A stretch of 64,000 nt of DNA from Pelagibacteraceae bacterium AG-325-C03 (lineage in GTDB: Bacteria > Pseudomonadota > Alphaproteobacteria > Pelagibacterales > Pelagibacteraceae): positions 13,308 through 77,307 of the forward strand of contig QBYC01000001.1 in the NCBI GenBank assembly GCA_003283025.1, in the 5' to 3' direction. The translations under genes were made by a program, and so were the position numbers. The notes beneath the pieces were generated by a model, which had not been told where the DNA came from, did not search any database, and saw only the letters and a list, made by a program, of their open reading frames with translations. Shown one piece after another: positions 48,126 through 58,524 of the stretch. The first letter of the stretch is position 1, and the number at the start of each line of letters is the position of its first letter.

Positions 48126-49385
48126 ATGAGGAATTATAAGTGTAAATCAGTCGGTATAATTGGCTCAGGTATACAAGGAGTTTGTACTGGTCTTCAATTA
48201 ATTAAAAAAGGAATTCCTGTTACTATCTTTGATAGGCATGACCCACTGTCTAGTGAATTCATAGCTGCCTCTTATGGGAACGCAGGTCATTTTTCTCCTT
48301 ATGCTGTATTACAATTTAATCGCCCAGATGTTATTTACGATTTACCAAAGATGTTACTAAGTTCTAACGGGCCACTCGCATTAAAATGGAATTATATCCC
48401 TAAAATGTTTAACTGGTTTTTACACTATTTTAAACATTGTAATCAAAAATCAATGATGCATACAGCAAAGTACATGCATCAGATTTTAAGTTTATCAAAT
48501 GATGCATATGGAGAAATTTTTCAAGAAATAGACACGAAAGGCTTAGTTGAAAAAAAAGGTATTATTTACGTTTGGACTAACAAAAATCTTAAAAGCAGGA
48601 ATCTAGAGATAAAAGTTCGAAAAGAATTGGGTATCGAACAAAAACTTTTGACACAACAAGAAGTTTTAGACTTAGAGCCAAACTTACAACCAGTTTTTGA
48701 TGCAGGTGTAATTTATGAAAGCGCTATGCACGCTAGAGATCCACATGGCATTCTTAAAAAAATATTTAAACTATTTTTAAATGGAGGAGGCAAATTTATT
48801 CAAAGTAATGTAAAAAATTTAAAACAAATTAACATAAACGAAACAGCTATAAGAACTGAAAAAGAAGAATATAAATTTGAAAAAACAGTAATTGCATCTG
48901 GAGCATTTTCCAAATCTTTAACCGATCAACTAGGAGAAAATATTCCACTTGATACAGAAAGAGGTTATCATGTGCATTTTAAAGACAAGGATCATCTTAT
49001 AAGTCGACCAGTAATTTTCTTAGACAGAGGTTTTGGAATGACCCCCATGAATAAAGGACTAAGAGCTGTGGGAACAGTTGAATTAGGAGGATTAAAAAAT
49101 CCACCATCAAAAAAAAGGATTGATTATGTTATTAGATGTGCAAAAGAACTCCTCCCTGAGCTAGACCATCATGAGGACGAGTGGTTAGGTTTTAGGCCTA
49201 CTTTACCTGATTTTCTTCCAATATTAGGTCCCTCTTTAAAAAATAAAAATATAATTTATGCCTTTGGCCATCAACATTTAGGCTGGACTTTAGGAGCTAT
49301 AACAGGCAAGATTATTTCTGGAATTGTATTGGAAGAAAAAACTAATTTAGATTTGGCTCCTTACAGTTCCAAAAGATTTTATTAG
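48126..49385 (+). CDS. dadA: D-amino acid dehydrogenase (DAO family)
   Basis: GSGIQG FAD motif, ASYGNAG, ERGYH, WLGFRP, FGHQHLGWT. Confidence 0.82.
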   Translation: MRNYKCKSVGIIGSGIQGVCTGLQLIKKGIPVTIFDRHDPLSSEFIAASYGNAGHFSPYAVLQFNRPDVIYDLPKMLLSSNGPLALKWNYIPKMFNWFLHYFKHCNQKSMMHTAKYMHQILSLSNDAYGEIFQEIDTKGLVEKKGIIYVWTNKNLKSRNLEIKVRKELGIEQKLLTQQEVLDLEPNLQPVFDAGVIYESAMHARDPHGILKKIFKLFLNGGGKFIQSNVKNLKQININETAIRTEKEEYKFEKTVIASGAFSKSLTDQLGENIPLDTERGYHVHFKDKDHLISRPVIFLDRGFGMTPMNKGLRAVGTVELGGLKNPPSKKRIDYVIRCAKELLPELDHHEDEWLGFRPTLPDFLPILGPSLKNKNIIYAFGHQHLGWTLGAITGKIISGIVLEEKTNLDLAPYSSKRFY

Positions 49386-49392
49386 GATATTT

Positions 49393-50283
49393 CTGTCAAA
49401 AAACTATATAGCTTATACTTTTCTTATTTTTGCAACTTTCTTTTGGTCTGGAAATTTTATAGTTGGAAAATTTGCTACGCTATTTGAAGTTCCACCATTA
49501 ACTTTAAATTTTTTAAGATGGGTCATGGTTTGGTTAATTTTAATACCATTTACTTATAAAGAAATTATAAAAAAAAAAGACTACATAAAAACAAATTGGT
49601 TAATCATTAGTTTTATGGGCATAATCACCATAAGCACTTTTAATTCTGTGGTGTATTTTGCTTTAAACTATACCCAAGTCGTAAATGCAGTATTGATGTT
49701 AGCAGCTATACCTGCGGTCGTAATAATTTTATCTTCAATGATGAAAATAGAAAAAACAAATTTATTTCAATTGATTGGGTTAATTTTATCTATTCTTGGT
49801 GTTGGAACCATTATTTCGAATGCCGATATTAATAAAATAAGTTCTCTAAATTTTAATAAAGGTGACTTATGGATGATAGTTTGTGTGTTGAGTTGGTCTC
49901 TTTATTCAACTCTTCTAAAGAAAAAAAAATTTGAACTTTCACAATTCACATTTATCCAACTTATGACCACTGTTGGAGTGATATTCTTAGTCCCACAATA
50001 TTTTTACGAACAATCTATAGGGCTAGAATTAAATATAAATAAAGCTTTCATTATAATCCTGCTTTATGTGGTAATTTTTCCTGCAATAGGAGCTTATTAT
50101 TGTTGGCAAAAAGCTATTGAGATAATTGGACCAAACAGATCAGCTATGTTTATACAGTTAATGCCTTTATTTAGTGCGGTCATGGCTATAATAATTTTTA
50201 ATGAAAAATTTGAACTGTACCATTTTGCTGGAGCGGTTTTTATAGTATCAGGTATTTATTTATCAAATAGGAAAACTCAATGA
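49393..50283 (+). CDS. DMT/EamA family transporter
   Basis: Frame extends upstream of ATG 49525 with FWSGNFIVGK; likely CTG start at 49393. Confidence 0.85.
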   Translation: MSKNYIAYTFLIFATFFWSGNFIVGKFATLFEVPPLTLNFLRWVMVWLILIPFTYKEIIKKKDYIKTNWLIISFMGIITISTFNSVVYFALNYTQVVNAVLMLAAIPAVVIILSSMMKIEKTNLFQLIGLILSILGVGTIISNADINKISSLNFNKGDLWMIVCVLSWSLYSTLLKKKKFELSQFTFIQLMTTVGVIFLVPQYFYEQSIGLELNINKAFIIILLYVVIFPAIGAYYCWQKAIEIIGPNRSAMFIQLMPLFSAVMAIIIFNEKFELYHFAGAVFIVSGIYLSNRKTQ

Positions 50284-51233
50284 CTAAAGTAGCTATTTTA
50301 GACGATTATCAAAATGCCTTTCAACAAATTATTTCTGTTGAAAATTATAAAGATAAATTCGAATTTAAAACATTTACTAATCCTTTTGTTGATGAAAAAG
50401 AAGCTGCAGTTGAATTAGAAGATTTTGAGGCTTTATTTATTATGAGGGAGAGAACCCCAATGACTAAGACTTTGATAGAAAGCTTACCAAATTTAAAATA
50501 TATTTTTACCTCAGGTATGCGAAATAAATCAATTGATGTAGAAGCCGCTAAGAAAAAGAAAATTATTGTTTGCGGTACAGAAATAAATCAAAATCCTGCA
50601 GCTGAACTAACATGGGCATTAATTCTAGGACTTTGTCGAAATATTAAACAAGAGATCGATAATATGTTTCAAGGTTATTGGCAGACCACTATTGGAATGG
50701 AATTAAAAGGTAAAATGCTAGGTTTAATTGGACTCGGTAAAATTGGAACTCAAGTTGCAAAAATCGCTAAAGCTTTTGGAATGGAGGTTTGTGCATGGAG
50801 TGAAAATTTAAATTTATCAAAAGCAAATGAATCTGGCATTCTTCCTATGAGCAAAGAAGATTTGCTCAAAAATTCTGATATTATTTCTGTTCATTTAGTA
50901 ATGGGTGATAGATATAGAAATCTTATTACAAAAAAAGAATTCACAATGATGAAAAAAACAGCTTTTTTGATTAACACTTCGAGGGGCCCAATCATTAACG
51001 AAAATGATTTAATTGAAGTTTTAAAAGATGAAAAAATAGCTGGTGCTGGTCTAGATGTTTATGATAAAGAGCCGCTTCCACAAGATCATAAGCTTAGATT
51101 TCTTCCTAATGCGCTATTATTACCACACATAGGTTATGTTACAGCAGAAAATTACTCGAAATTTTACTCGCAAATGCTTGAAAACTTAATATCTTGTGTA
51201 AAAGGCAAACCGTTAAGAGTTATTAATAAATAA
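50280..51233 (+). CDS. D-2-hydroxyacid dehydrogenase
   Basis: LDDYQ, MRERTP, GLGKIG, INTSRG, DVYDKEPL, PHIGY. Confidence 0.92.
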   Translation: MTKVAILDDYQNAFQQIISVENYKDKFEFKTFTNPFVDEKEAAVELEDFEALFIMRERTPMTKTLIESLPNLKYIFTSGMRNKSIDVEAAKKKKIIVCGTEINQNPAAELTWALILGLCRNIKQEIDNMFQGYWQTTIGMELKGKMLGLIGLGKIGTQVAKIAKAFGMEVCAWSENLNLSKANESGILPMSKEDLLKNSDIISVHLVMGDRYRNLITKKEFTMMKKTAFLINTSRGPIINENDLIEVLKDEKIAGAGLDVYDKEPLPQDHKLRFLPNALLLPHIGYVTAENYSKFYSQMLENLISCVKGKPLRVINK

Positions 51234-51318
51234 TACATTAGTAAGTTAAAATTGCTGATAGAATCGCGAATATTAAGTTATTTGCCTTTACTTAAAAAAA
51301 TGTTAGAGAGTTTTGGCT

Positions 51319-51852
51319 ATGAAAAAAAAAATAAGAAATATAACAATTTTAATAGCACTCACATCTTTGCTTAACGGATGTATAGAGTCTATGGCTCTTT
51401 TAGGTCCTGCAACTTCAGGTGCTGGAAGCAGTAGAATTGCACAATCTAGTATTTCTTCAGTTTTAAGTATTGGAATAAAAAAACAAACAGGCAAGACACC
51501 CTCAGGACATGCATTAGCGTATGTGAAAAAACATAATCCAGAAAACAAAAAAGAAAATTGTGTTGGAATAAAATCTACAAATTCAAAAGCTTGTGCTATT
51601 GCAAATAAAAAAGTTGAACTTGCAAAATTAAAAATAAAAGAAACGCTAACTGATAAAGCAATAAATTTTAAAAGCCAGTTTGCAAAAGCTAGAAAAGCTG
51701 GAAAAGATTATTTTGTTTATAATAATAAAATTTACAATACGTCATTTAAAGAACCAAATAATTCAAAAAAAGTTGATAAGGTAAAAAATAATATTTTGGT
51801 TAAGTCTAAAATTGAGGACTTAGCAAAAAAATCAAATATTATCCAAAGGTAG
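51319..51852 (+). CDS. Hypothetical lipoprotein
   Basis: LLNGC lipobox; C-terminal F..AR..G...F.YN.K.YNT motif. Confidence 0.7.
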   Translation: MKKKIRNITILIALTSLLNGCIESMALLGPATSGAGSSRIAQSSISSVLSIGIKKQTGKTPSGHALAYVKKHNPENKKENCVGIKSTNSKACAIANKKVELAKLKIKETLTDKAINFKSQFAKARKAGKDYFVYNNKIYNTSFKEPNNSKKVDKVKNNILVKSKIEDLAKKSNIIQR

Positions 51853-52197
51853 TCCTAAGTTTTTCCAACCAGGATCTTGACCATTTCCACTAAACCCGTC
51901 AGAAATATTATGAGCAATATACCCTTCTTTTTGAAGCAAATTAGCAGCGATGATAGATCTACCCCCAGCAGCGCACATTACCAATATTTGATTTTCTTTA
52001 CTAATTTTTTTTTTTACTTTTTCAATAAAACTTTGGTCTTGAGATATTGTAATGAAGTGAGATTTTATACCAAGACCTTTTGTGTTTGGTTTTCCTACAG
52101 TTTTCCACTCATCATCAGTTCTAACATCTAGCAGAATAGTATTATTATTGTTCTTTACAAAACTTTTAATTTCTGAAGATTTAATTTGTTTTATCAT
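51832..52197 (-). CDS. Rhodanese-like protein
   Basis: LDVRT..EW..VGKP, CAAGGRS, GF.G...GWK..GLP. Confidence 0.9.
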   Translation of the reverse strand: MIKQIKSSEIKSFVKNNNNTILLDVRTDDEWKTVGKPNTKGLGIKSHFITISQDQSFIEKVKKKISKENQILVMCAAGGRSIIAANLLQKEGYIAHNISDGFSGNGQDPGWKNLGLPLDNI

Positions 52198-52240
52198 TAA
52201 GTGGCCCCAATATAAATAATCAGGACCACTAATTCAATTG

Positions 52241-53533
52241 TTAAGCGGCCAAAGCTTGCTTTATATCAGTAACAATATCATCTGGATGTTCGATACCGAT
52301 TGATAATCTTACGTAACCCGGAGTTACACCAGCAGCTAATAATTCTTCATCATTTAATTGACTGTGAGTTGTTGTAGCCGGATGAATAGCTAAACTTCTA
52401 GCGTCACCAATATTTGCAACGTGATATAGCATCTTTAAGTTATCGATGAACTTAGCACCTGCTTCTTTTGTACCAACGTCCATACCAACTAAAGAACCAT
52501 AACCACCTTTCATATATCTTTTAGCTCTATCTTTAATTTCACCTTGGTGATTTGTAGGATAGATAACATTTTTTACTTTCTTTTGTGTTTCTAAGAAAGA
52601 CACAACTTTTTCTGCATTACTACAGTGTTGTTTCATTCTAAGAGCTACTGTCTCCAAACCTTGAATAATCTGGAAAGCATTAAATGGAGCTAAAGGAGCA
52701 CCTAAGTCTCTCAATAAAACTACTCTTGCTCTAATCACAAAAGGTATGTTGGCTCCTGTTAATTGAGGAACTGCATCAGCCCATATTGCACCACCATAAC
52801 TTTGGTCTGGTTCATTTAGTAAAGGTTGTCTTTTTCTGTCTTTTATCCAGTCAAAGTTTCCACCATCAACAATTATACCGCCAATCGAAGTTCCGTGACC
52901 ACCAATATACTTTGTCAAAGAGTGCATAACTATAGCAGCTCCATGTGCCAAAGGTTTACAAATTACTGGTGAAGCAGTGTTGTCAATAATTAGCGGAATA
53001 CCTTTCGTTCTTCCTATATCGGCAACTTCTTTAATTGGGAAAACTCGAAGATAAGGATTAGGACAAGACTCACCGTAGTAAGCTCTTGTTTTATCATCAG
53101 TTAACTTTACAAAGTTTTTAGGGTCTGCTGGATCTGCAAATCTAACTTCAATACCTTGTTGTCTTAATGTATTTTTAAATAAGTTTACTGTACCTCCGTA
53201 TAAATCAGTTGAAGCAACTATATTATCACCAGCTTGTGCTAAGTTTTGAATACACATCGCTGACGCTGCTTGACCTGACCCTACGGCACATGCCGCTACA
53301 CCACCTTCAAGTGCTGCAACTCTTTTTTCAAGCACATCAACTGTTGGGTTCATGATTCGTGTATAAATATTACCAAACTCTTTTAATCCAAATAAATTCG
53401 CTGCAGTTTCAGCGTTTTTAAATTGGTAAGATGTTGTTTGATAAATTGGAACTGCTACTGACGTAGTGGTTGGATCACTCCTGTAGTCTCCACCATGTAA
53501 GCCAATAGTTTCCGGATGTTTAAAATCAGCCAT
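52241..53533 (-). CDS. metY: O-acetylhomoserine aminocarboxypropyltransferase
   Basis: PIYQTTSY, YTRIMNPT, HSLTKYIGGHG, ANIGD, HPATTTH; SAM riboswitches upstream. Confidence 0.93.
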   Translation of the reverse strand: MADFKHPETIGLHGGDYRSDPTTTSVAVPIYQTTSYQFKNAETAANLFGLKEFGNIYTRIMNPTVDVLEKRVAALEGGVAACAVGSGQAASAMCIQNLAQAGDNIVASTDLYGGTVNLFKNTLRQQGIEVRFADPADPKNFVKLTDDKTRAYYGESCPNPYLRVFPIKEVADIGRTKGIPLIIDNTASPVICKPLAHGAAIVMHSLTKYIGGHGTSIGGIIVDGGNFDWIKDRKRQPLLNEPDQSYGGAIWADAVPQLTGANIPFVIRARVVLLRDLGAPLAPFNAFQIIQGLETVALRMKQHCSNAEKVVSFLETQKKVKNVIYPTNHQGEIKDRAKRYMKGGYGSLVGMDVGTKEAGAKFIDNLKMLYHVANIGDARSLAIHPATTTHSQLNDEELLAAGVTPGYVRLSIGIEHPDDIVTDIKQALAA

Positions 53534-53626
53534 TGATTTTCCCCCTTACTGTTTCTTTTATTTTTTCGTTCATTTTTTCTCCATTTTTCAAGAGAAGAAT
53601 GAACCAAGCTAAATTTTGTTCATCTT

Positions 53627-53692
53627 CTCCTTTTTAGTACTTCGGCATCTGCCAGGTGTACAATATGGTTCAAATACCTGGTTTAATTTTTG
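53627..53692 (-). ncRNA. SAM-V riboswitch
   Basis: Minus strand CCAGGTATTTGAACCATATTGTACACCTGG...AAGTACTAAAAAGGAG fits the SAM-V architecture ending in an RBS. Confidence 0.88.
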
Positions 53693-53700
53693 AGTATTAC

Positions 53701-53729
53701 AAAAAAAAACCACCGGCTAAAGCGGTGGT
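53701..53729 (-). terminator. Intrinsic terminator controlled by SAM-II
   Basis: ACCACCG-CTTTAGC-CGGTGGT followed by a T run. Confidence 0.88.
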
Positions 53730-53741
53730 CATAAGACTTAT

Positions 53742-53793
53742 GCGCTTTAGCAGGATTTATTAAGCGCCCGCAAGTTGCCTTAACTCAGCGCTA
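53742..53793 (-). ncRNA. SAM-II riboswitch
   Basis: Minus strand GCGCTGAGTTAAGGCAACTTGCGGGCGCTTAATAAATCCTGCTAAAG fits the SAM-II pseudoknot consensus. Confidence 0.85.
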
Positions 53794-53798
53794 GGTGA

Positions 53799-53828
53799 AT
53801 TATAACAAAAAACCCAGGATTTTGTCAA
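53799..53828 (-). promoter_or_regulatory. sigma70 promoter for the metY leader
   Basis: TTGACA-N18-TATAAT with extended TG. Confidence 0.8.
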
Positions 53829-53835
53829 TAATCAA

Positions 53836-54753
53836 TTAAATATTATTCCAAAACAATTTTGCCAGGTTTATACCCGATAAATCTTTATATACTGCAAGTC
53901 CAGTAGGACTAGTTACATTAATATCACCTATCAATTTTTCCTGTACAAAATCAATACCTGCAAAATAAATATTGTTTTTTAATAATAATTTTCCAATTGC
54001 TTTACTTGCTGTAATTTCTTTATAAGAGAGTTTTGTTAGTTTGGCTTTAGCTCCTTTACTCATGTTAGATAGAATACTACCTTTCCTAGGCACTCTAGAT
54101 ATGGCACCTACGACCTTACCTTTTATAATAAATACTCTTTTATCACCTTGAAAAACACCAGGTAGAAACTTTTGAAAAAATAGATGGTTATATTTTTTTA
54201 GTAATTTTTTAATTTTATTATTATTAAAAGACCTCAATAAAATCACATTATTGCCACTAAAACCATTAATAGGTTTAACCACTACTGATTTATATTTACT
54301 TAAAAAATTTTTGATTTCATAAATATTTTCACTAATTAAAGTAGGCGGCATATATTTCATAAAATTAATAGAAAATAGCTTTTCAGAGACATTTCTGACT
54401 GCAAATGGGTCATTTATTATTTTAACTTTTTTAGAAATATGATTAAGCAAATATGTTGTATACAAATAACGATAATTAAAAGGAGGGTCATTCCTAATCA
54501 GAATAATTTTAGATTTTACTAGTTCAAAATTAATAGTTTTTAATAGTGAATAGAATTTCTTTTTACCATAGTGAATTTTAATATGGTTACTTAAAGCAAT
54601 GACTTTGCCATTTAAAAAGCTAATATTTTCAGGTTCAAAATAATATATTTTATATCCTCTTTTTTGTGCTTCAGCAGCTAGAAGTATTGTTGTGTCAGTT
54701 TTGATATTAACCTTATCTAGACTAGAACCCTGAACAGCTAAAATTTTCGTCAT
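53836..54753 (-). CDS. gshB: Glutathione synthetase
   Basis: DTTILL..EAQ.RG, RNDPPF, EKL, GDKR, INVTSPTG. Confidence 0.94.
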   Translation of the reverse strand: MTKILAVQGSSLDKVNIKTDTTILLAAEAQKRGYKIYYFEPENISFLNGKVIALSNHIKIHYGKKKFYSLLKTINFELVKSKIILIRNDPPFNYRYLYTTYLLNHISKKVKIINDPFAVRNVSEKLFSINFMKYMPPTLISENIYEIKNFLSKYKSVVVKPINGFSGNNVILLRSFNNNKIKKLLKKYNHLFFQKFLPGVFQGDKRVFIIKGKVVGAISRVPRKGSILSNMSKGAKAKLTKLSYKEITASKAIGKLLLKNNIYFAGIDFVQEKLIGDINVTSPTGLAVYKDLSGINLAKLFWNNI

Positions 54754-56065
54754 GATTTATCAAAAAGTTTAAGTTTTTTTTCGTATTGAATTGTTCAATC
54801 AACATCTCTGCTCTAGTTTTTTTATTCCGAATTATTTCTTCTAAATGTTTTAAATATATTATCTCATTTTGCCCATTTGTATTGAGCTCATTTCTTTTAT
54901 TTAAACCTTTTTTTGCTAGATCTAAAAATATTTTTGCCCAATCAATTAGTTTTTTTTTGTTTAGTAAAGTATTTAATCCTTGTTTAGGTGCTTTAAAGTA
55001 AGCCTCCATCACATCTTCTTTACTCCAATTTTTTACTATCTCATATGTTTCATCTAATGTGCCGTAAATTAATCCTGTAAAAAAAGAGGGGCCGTTACAA
55101 ATACAATTAAAATTACATGTATCCAAAGATCTAAATTCTATAACTTTTTTTAATCTTACCTCTGTAAAAATCGTGCTCAAGTGACTCTCAAAATCTTCTA
55201 AAGTTGGTTTTTCTCCTTTTAAAAAAATTAAATTACCATTTAAATAATCTTTAAAAGTTTGACCATTAGGCGAGTAATATTTTCCATTTTTTTTTAGAAA
55301 TAAAATTGGATAATTGATTGCATAATCTATATATTTTTCGAAATTTATTTTCTCAAAAGTAATTGGCATAATTCCACCTCTATTTGTCTCCTGCCAAACT
55401 TTTCCTCTATAAGATAAAAAACCTGAAAGTTTGTTTTCATTAAAAGGAGAGTTTGCAAATAAGGCAATTGTTAATGGAGCTAAATAGTTTCCTATTTTAA
55501 ATTTTTTTTCAAAATCTTCTTCGGATGTAAAATCATAATTTATTTGAATACCCGCGGTTTTGTACATCATATCTAGACTTAGTTTTCCACCTTTAGGCAT
55601 TTCAGATGTCATAATTTTATAACGTTCTTTAGGACTTTTGGGTATATCAATTAATTTATTAAAAGGATCATATGCTATAGAGGATGAAGTAACAGAAGTT
55701 GAGCTAAAAACTTCTTTTAGTTCATCTAAGTGTGTACTATTCTCTAAACAAACCGAATGAATATTTTTAAAAGGTGCTCCTGATAACTCATATTGAAATC
55801 CAGGCTCCGTAGTAATTTTTTGATTTTCTCTTTTTAAACCAATTACTTTCCCTTTTTCGTATTGAAGAACCCAACCTCTCGTTTTCAGGATTTCAAATAT
55901 TTTTTTTATTTGACTATAATCAATTCTTTTAAAATCATCTTTGTTGAAAAGAAATTTTTCATGTTCAACACCAATTCTTAACTGACTTTCTTTTTTAAAC
56001 CCATCAGTGAAATATTGGATTAAATTTTTTTTGCTTTCAATAGACTTAGATAATTTATTGATCAA
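54722..56065 (-). CDS. gshA: Glutamate--cysteine ligase (alphaproteobacterial/plant type)
   Basis: IGVEHEKF, EPGFQYELSGAP, ALFANSPF, HLSTIFTEVRLK. Confidence 0.93.
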   Translation of the reverse strand: MINKLSKSIESKKNLIQYFTDGFKKESQLRIGVEHEKFLFNKDDFKRIDYSQIKKIFEILKTRGWVLQYEKGKVIGLKRENQKITTEPGFQYELSGAPFKNIHSVCLENSTHLDELKEVFSSTSVTSSSIAYDPFNKLIDIPKSPKERYKIMTSEMPKGGKLSLDMMYKTAGIQINYDFTSEEDFEKKFKIGNYLAPLTIALFANSPFNENKLSGFLSYRGKVWQETNRGGIMPITFEKINFEKYIDYAINYPILFLKKNGKYYSPNGQTFKDYLNGNLIFLKGEKPTLEDFESHLSTIFTEVRLKKVIEFRSLDTCNFNCICNGPSFFTGLIYGTLDETYEIVKNWSKEDVMEAYFKAPKQGLNTLLNKKKLIDWAKIFLDLAKKGLNKRNELNTNGQNEIIYLKHLEEIIRNKKTRAEMLIEQFNTKKNLNFLINHDENFSCSGF

Positions 56066-56450
56066 AAGTTTTCAACTCTAATACATTTCCGTTTGGATCT
56101 TCAATAAAAAATGTATTTTGCTCAAATTCTGTGCCTTTAAATCTTTTGTAAGGCTTATCTATGTAATTAATTTTACCAAGCTCAATGTTAGCTTTAATTT
56201 TATCAAAAACCTCTTTTTTTAAATGTACTCCAAAGTGAGGGATAGGTACCTCACCCATATCTACTTCATGTCTTTCTCTAGGAAGCCTCATTGATGTTTG
56301 ATGTAAAGTTAGTTCGTTTCCCCAAAAATCAATATCCACCCATTTCCCTTTTTCTCGATTACTAGTTTTACAGCCTAATATTTTTGTATAAAAATCTTCG
56401 GCTTTATCTAAATCTCCTGCAGGAATTGCTAAATGAAATGAGTTACTCAT
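56055..56450 (-). CDS. VOC/glyoxalase-family protein
   Basis: FHLAIP, WVD.DFWG, PHFG, DPNGNVLELK. Confidence 0.88.
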   Translation of the reverse strand: MSNSFHLAIPAGDLDKAEDFYTKILGCKTSNREKGKWVDIDFWGNELTLHQTSMRLPRERHEVDMGEVPIPHFGVHLKKEVFDKIKANIELGKINYIDKPYKRFKGTEFEQNTFFIEDPNGNVLELKTFDQ

Positions 56451-56507
56451 GTAAACTTATATATAATCTTCTTTAAATTTTGCAAGTAGTCACTATATAC
56501 ATATAAA

Positions 56508-57083
56508 ATGAATGAATATTTAAATTCCATAAAAGCCAGAGATCCTGCAGCAAAATCTATTTTGAGCGTCATTTTAACCTATCCAGGAGTTAAAGCAGTT
56601 TTTTTTCATAGAGTTGCTAATTTTTTTCACGTCGCTGGTTTTCATCTTATTGCAAGAATAATATCTCAAACTGTAAGATTTTTTACAGGAGTAGAAATTC
56701 ACCCAGGTGCAAAAATTGGTAAAAACTTATTTATAGATCATGGCATGGGAGTAGTAATTGGAGAGACTTCTGAAATTGGAGATAATGTTACGATCTACCA
56801 TGCAGTTACTTTAGGTGGAAGCTCACCAAGTATTGATAGTGAAAGACAACGTCATGAAAAAAGACATCCAACAGTTGGAGATAATGTTGTTATTGGTTCA
56901 GGCGCACAAATAATTGGTCCTATTGTGATAGGAAAGCTTGCAAGAGTTGCAGCTAATGCGGTTGTTGTAAAAGACGTACCTGAAAGCGCAACCATGGTTG
57001 GCATACCAGCAAAAGCAGTTAAATTTGAGAATAAAGGCAAATTTAGACCTTACGGTGTAGATGATAAAGTAAAAGATGAGTAA
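56508..57083 (+). CDS. cysE: Serine O-acetyltransferase
   Basis: [31 protein letters not shown]. Confidence 0.95.
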   Translation: MNEYLNSIKARDPAAKSILSVILTYPGVKAVFFHRVANFFHVAGFHLIARIISQTVRFFTGVEIHPGAKIGKNLFIDHGMGVVIGETSEIGDNVTIYHAVTLGGSSPSIDSERQRHEKRHPTVGDNVVIGSGAQIIGPIVIGKLARVAANAVVVKDVPESATMVGIPAKAVKFENKGKFRPYGVDDKVKDE

Positions 57084-57456
57084 CAATGACTGGGATTCAA
57101 ATTTAACTCCAGAACAAAATTATATTTTAAGGCAAGAGGGAACAGAGTCTCCAGGCAGTAGCCCTTTAAATAATGAAAAAAGAGAAGGCTCCTATCACTG
57201 TGTTGGATGTGGAACTAAACTTTTCGACTCAAACACAAAATATGAAAGCGGTTCTGGTTGGCCTTCTTTTTTTAAATCTTTACCTGATGTTTTTGAGGAA
57301 AAAACCGATATGCATATAGGTTACCCTAGAACAGAATACCATTGTAAAAAATGTGGCGGACATCACGGACATATTTTTAATGACGGACCTAAACCGACAG
57401 GAAAACGCTATTGTAATAATGGCTTATGCTTAGTTTTTAAACTAAAAAGCGAATAG
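57076..57456 (+). CDS. msrB: Methionine-R-sulfoxide reductase
   Basis: [26 protein letters not shown]. Confidence 0.95.
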   Translation: MSNNDWDSNLTPEQNYILRQEGTESPGSSPLNNEKREGSYHCVGCGTKLFDSNTKYESGSGWPSFFKSLPDVFEEKTDMHIGYPRTEYHCKKCGGHHGHIFNDGPKPTGKRYCNNGLCLVFKLKSE

Positions 57457-57569
57457 TTATAAACTAGCCAATTAAGTGTTTTCATACAACCTATCAAAAG
57501 TTTATTATTTTTTGCCATGTCCTCTAGACCACGGCTACATAAATTTATAAGACTTACATTTCATCCACC

Positions 57570-58133
57570 ATGAAGAATAGAATTATTTCCCTAATTTTAA
57601 ACATAATACTTTTCTCTCTTTTTCCATTTCAAATAAATGCATCAGAACAATCTTGGAATTTAGCCCAAGAGGGCGATAAAATTATTTTTATAAGGCACTC
57701 CTTAGCACCAGGGGGAGGTGATCCTCCCGGGTTTAAAATTAACGATTGCAAAACACAGAGAAACTTAAGTAGCAAAGGTATTAATCAATCAAAAAAAATA
57801 GGTAAATTATTTAAAAAAAATAAAGTTCTCATAGATCAAACTTTAAGCAGTCAGTGGTGTAGATGTAAAGATACAGCTAAATATGCTTTTGGAAATTTTA
57901 AAGAATTCGTAGCATTAAACTCTACTTTTCAATCTCCCTTCAATAAAAATGAACCAAAACAATTAAAAGAGCTTTATAATTTTATAAAGAAATGGGATGG
58001 AAAAGGCAGGAACTTAGTGCTGGTTACTCATTATAGCATTATCACGGCAGTTACTAATGCAGTGCCCAGTTCTGGAGAAATTATAATTACCGATAAAAAT
58101 TTTGAAGTTTTAGGAACAATAAAAACCAATTAA
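57570..58133 (+). CDS. Exported histidine phosphatase family protein
   Basis: Signal peptide; RHS, QRNLS..G, SS.WCRC.DTA, LVTH. Confidence 0.85.
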   Translation: MKNRIISLILNIILFSLFPFQINASEQSWNLAQEGDKIIFIRHSLAPGGGDPPGFKINDCKTQRNLSSKGINQSKKIGKLFKKNKVLIDQTLSSQWCRCKDTAKYAFGNFKEFVALNSTFQSPFNKNEPKQLKELYNFIKKWDGKGRNLVLVTHYSIITAVTNAVPSSGEIIITDKNFEVLGTIKTN

Positions 58134-58474
58134 GCAAAAATATAATACAAAATTGCTAAAATTATACAATATTCGATAACTGTTTTAATCCTAATTAAAT
58201 TTTGTTTATTTTCAAATTTTGAATTAATAAATAAACTCATACGAGAAAAACTTAAATGTACTAAAGCTATAATAAAGCACATACCTATCAAAACATTGTA
58301 AAATTCAAAGTTTTTAAATCCATAAAAACAAGCTGCTATAAAGGTTAACCATGAAATTTTGGAGACAAATAAAGTTATTAAAATTCCAGATCCTTTTTTA
58401 AATAGACTTTGTGTTCTGATAAATGAGTAAGACCAAAAAAGCGTAATTAGAAATCCAAGATATTTAATTATCAT
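58130..58474 (-). CDS. Hypothetical membrane protein
   Basis: Hydrophobic 114-aa ORF filling the gap. Confidence 0.65.
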   Translation of the reverse strand: MIIKYLGFLITLFWSYSFIRTQSLFKKGSGILITLFVSKISWLTFIAACFYGFKNFEFYNVLIGMCFIIALVHLSFSRMSLFINSKFENKQNLIRIKTVIEYCIILAILYYIFA

Positions 58475-58524
58475 GAGCCAATATTGTAATTGCGAGAAAG
58501 TTTAAAGGCAAATATAAAGTAAAC

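Noticed and set aside
57510-57570. GC-richer intergenic patch ending CCACCA, a possible tRNA remnant
   Set aside because: No T-arm (GTTCRA) or cloverleaf could be formed.
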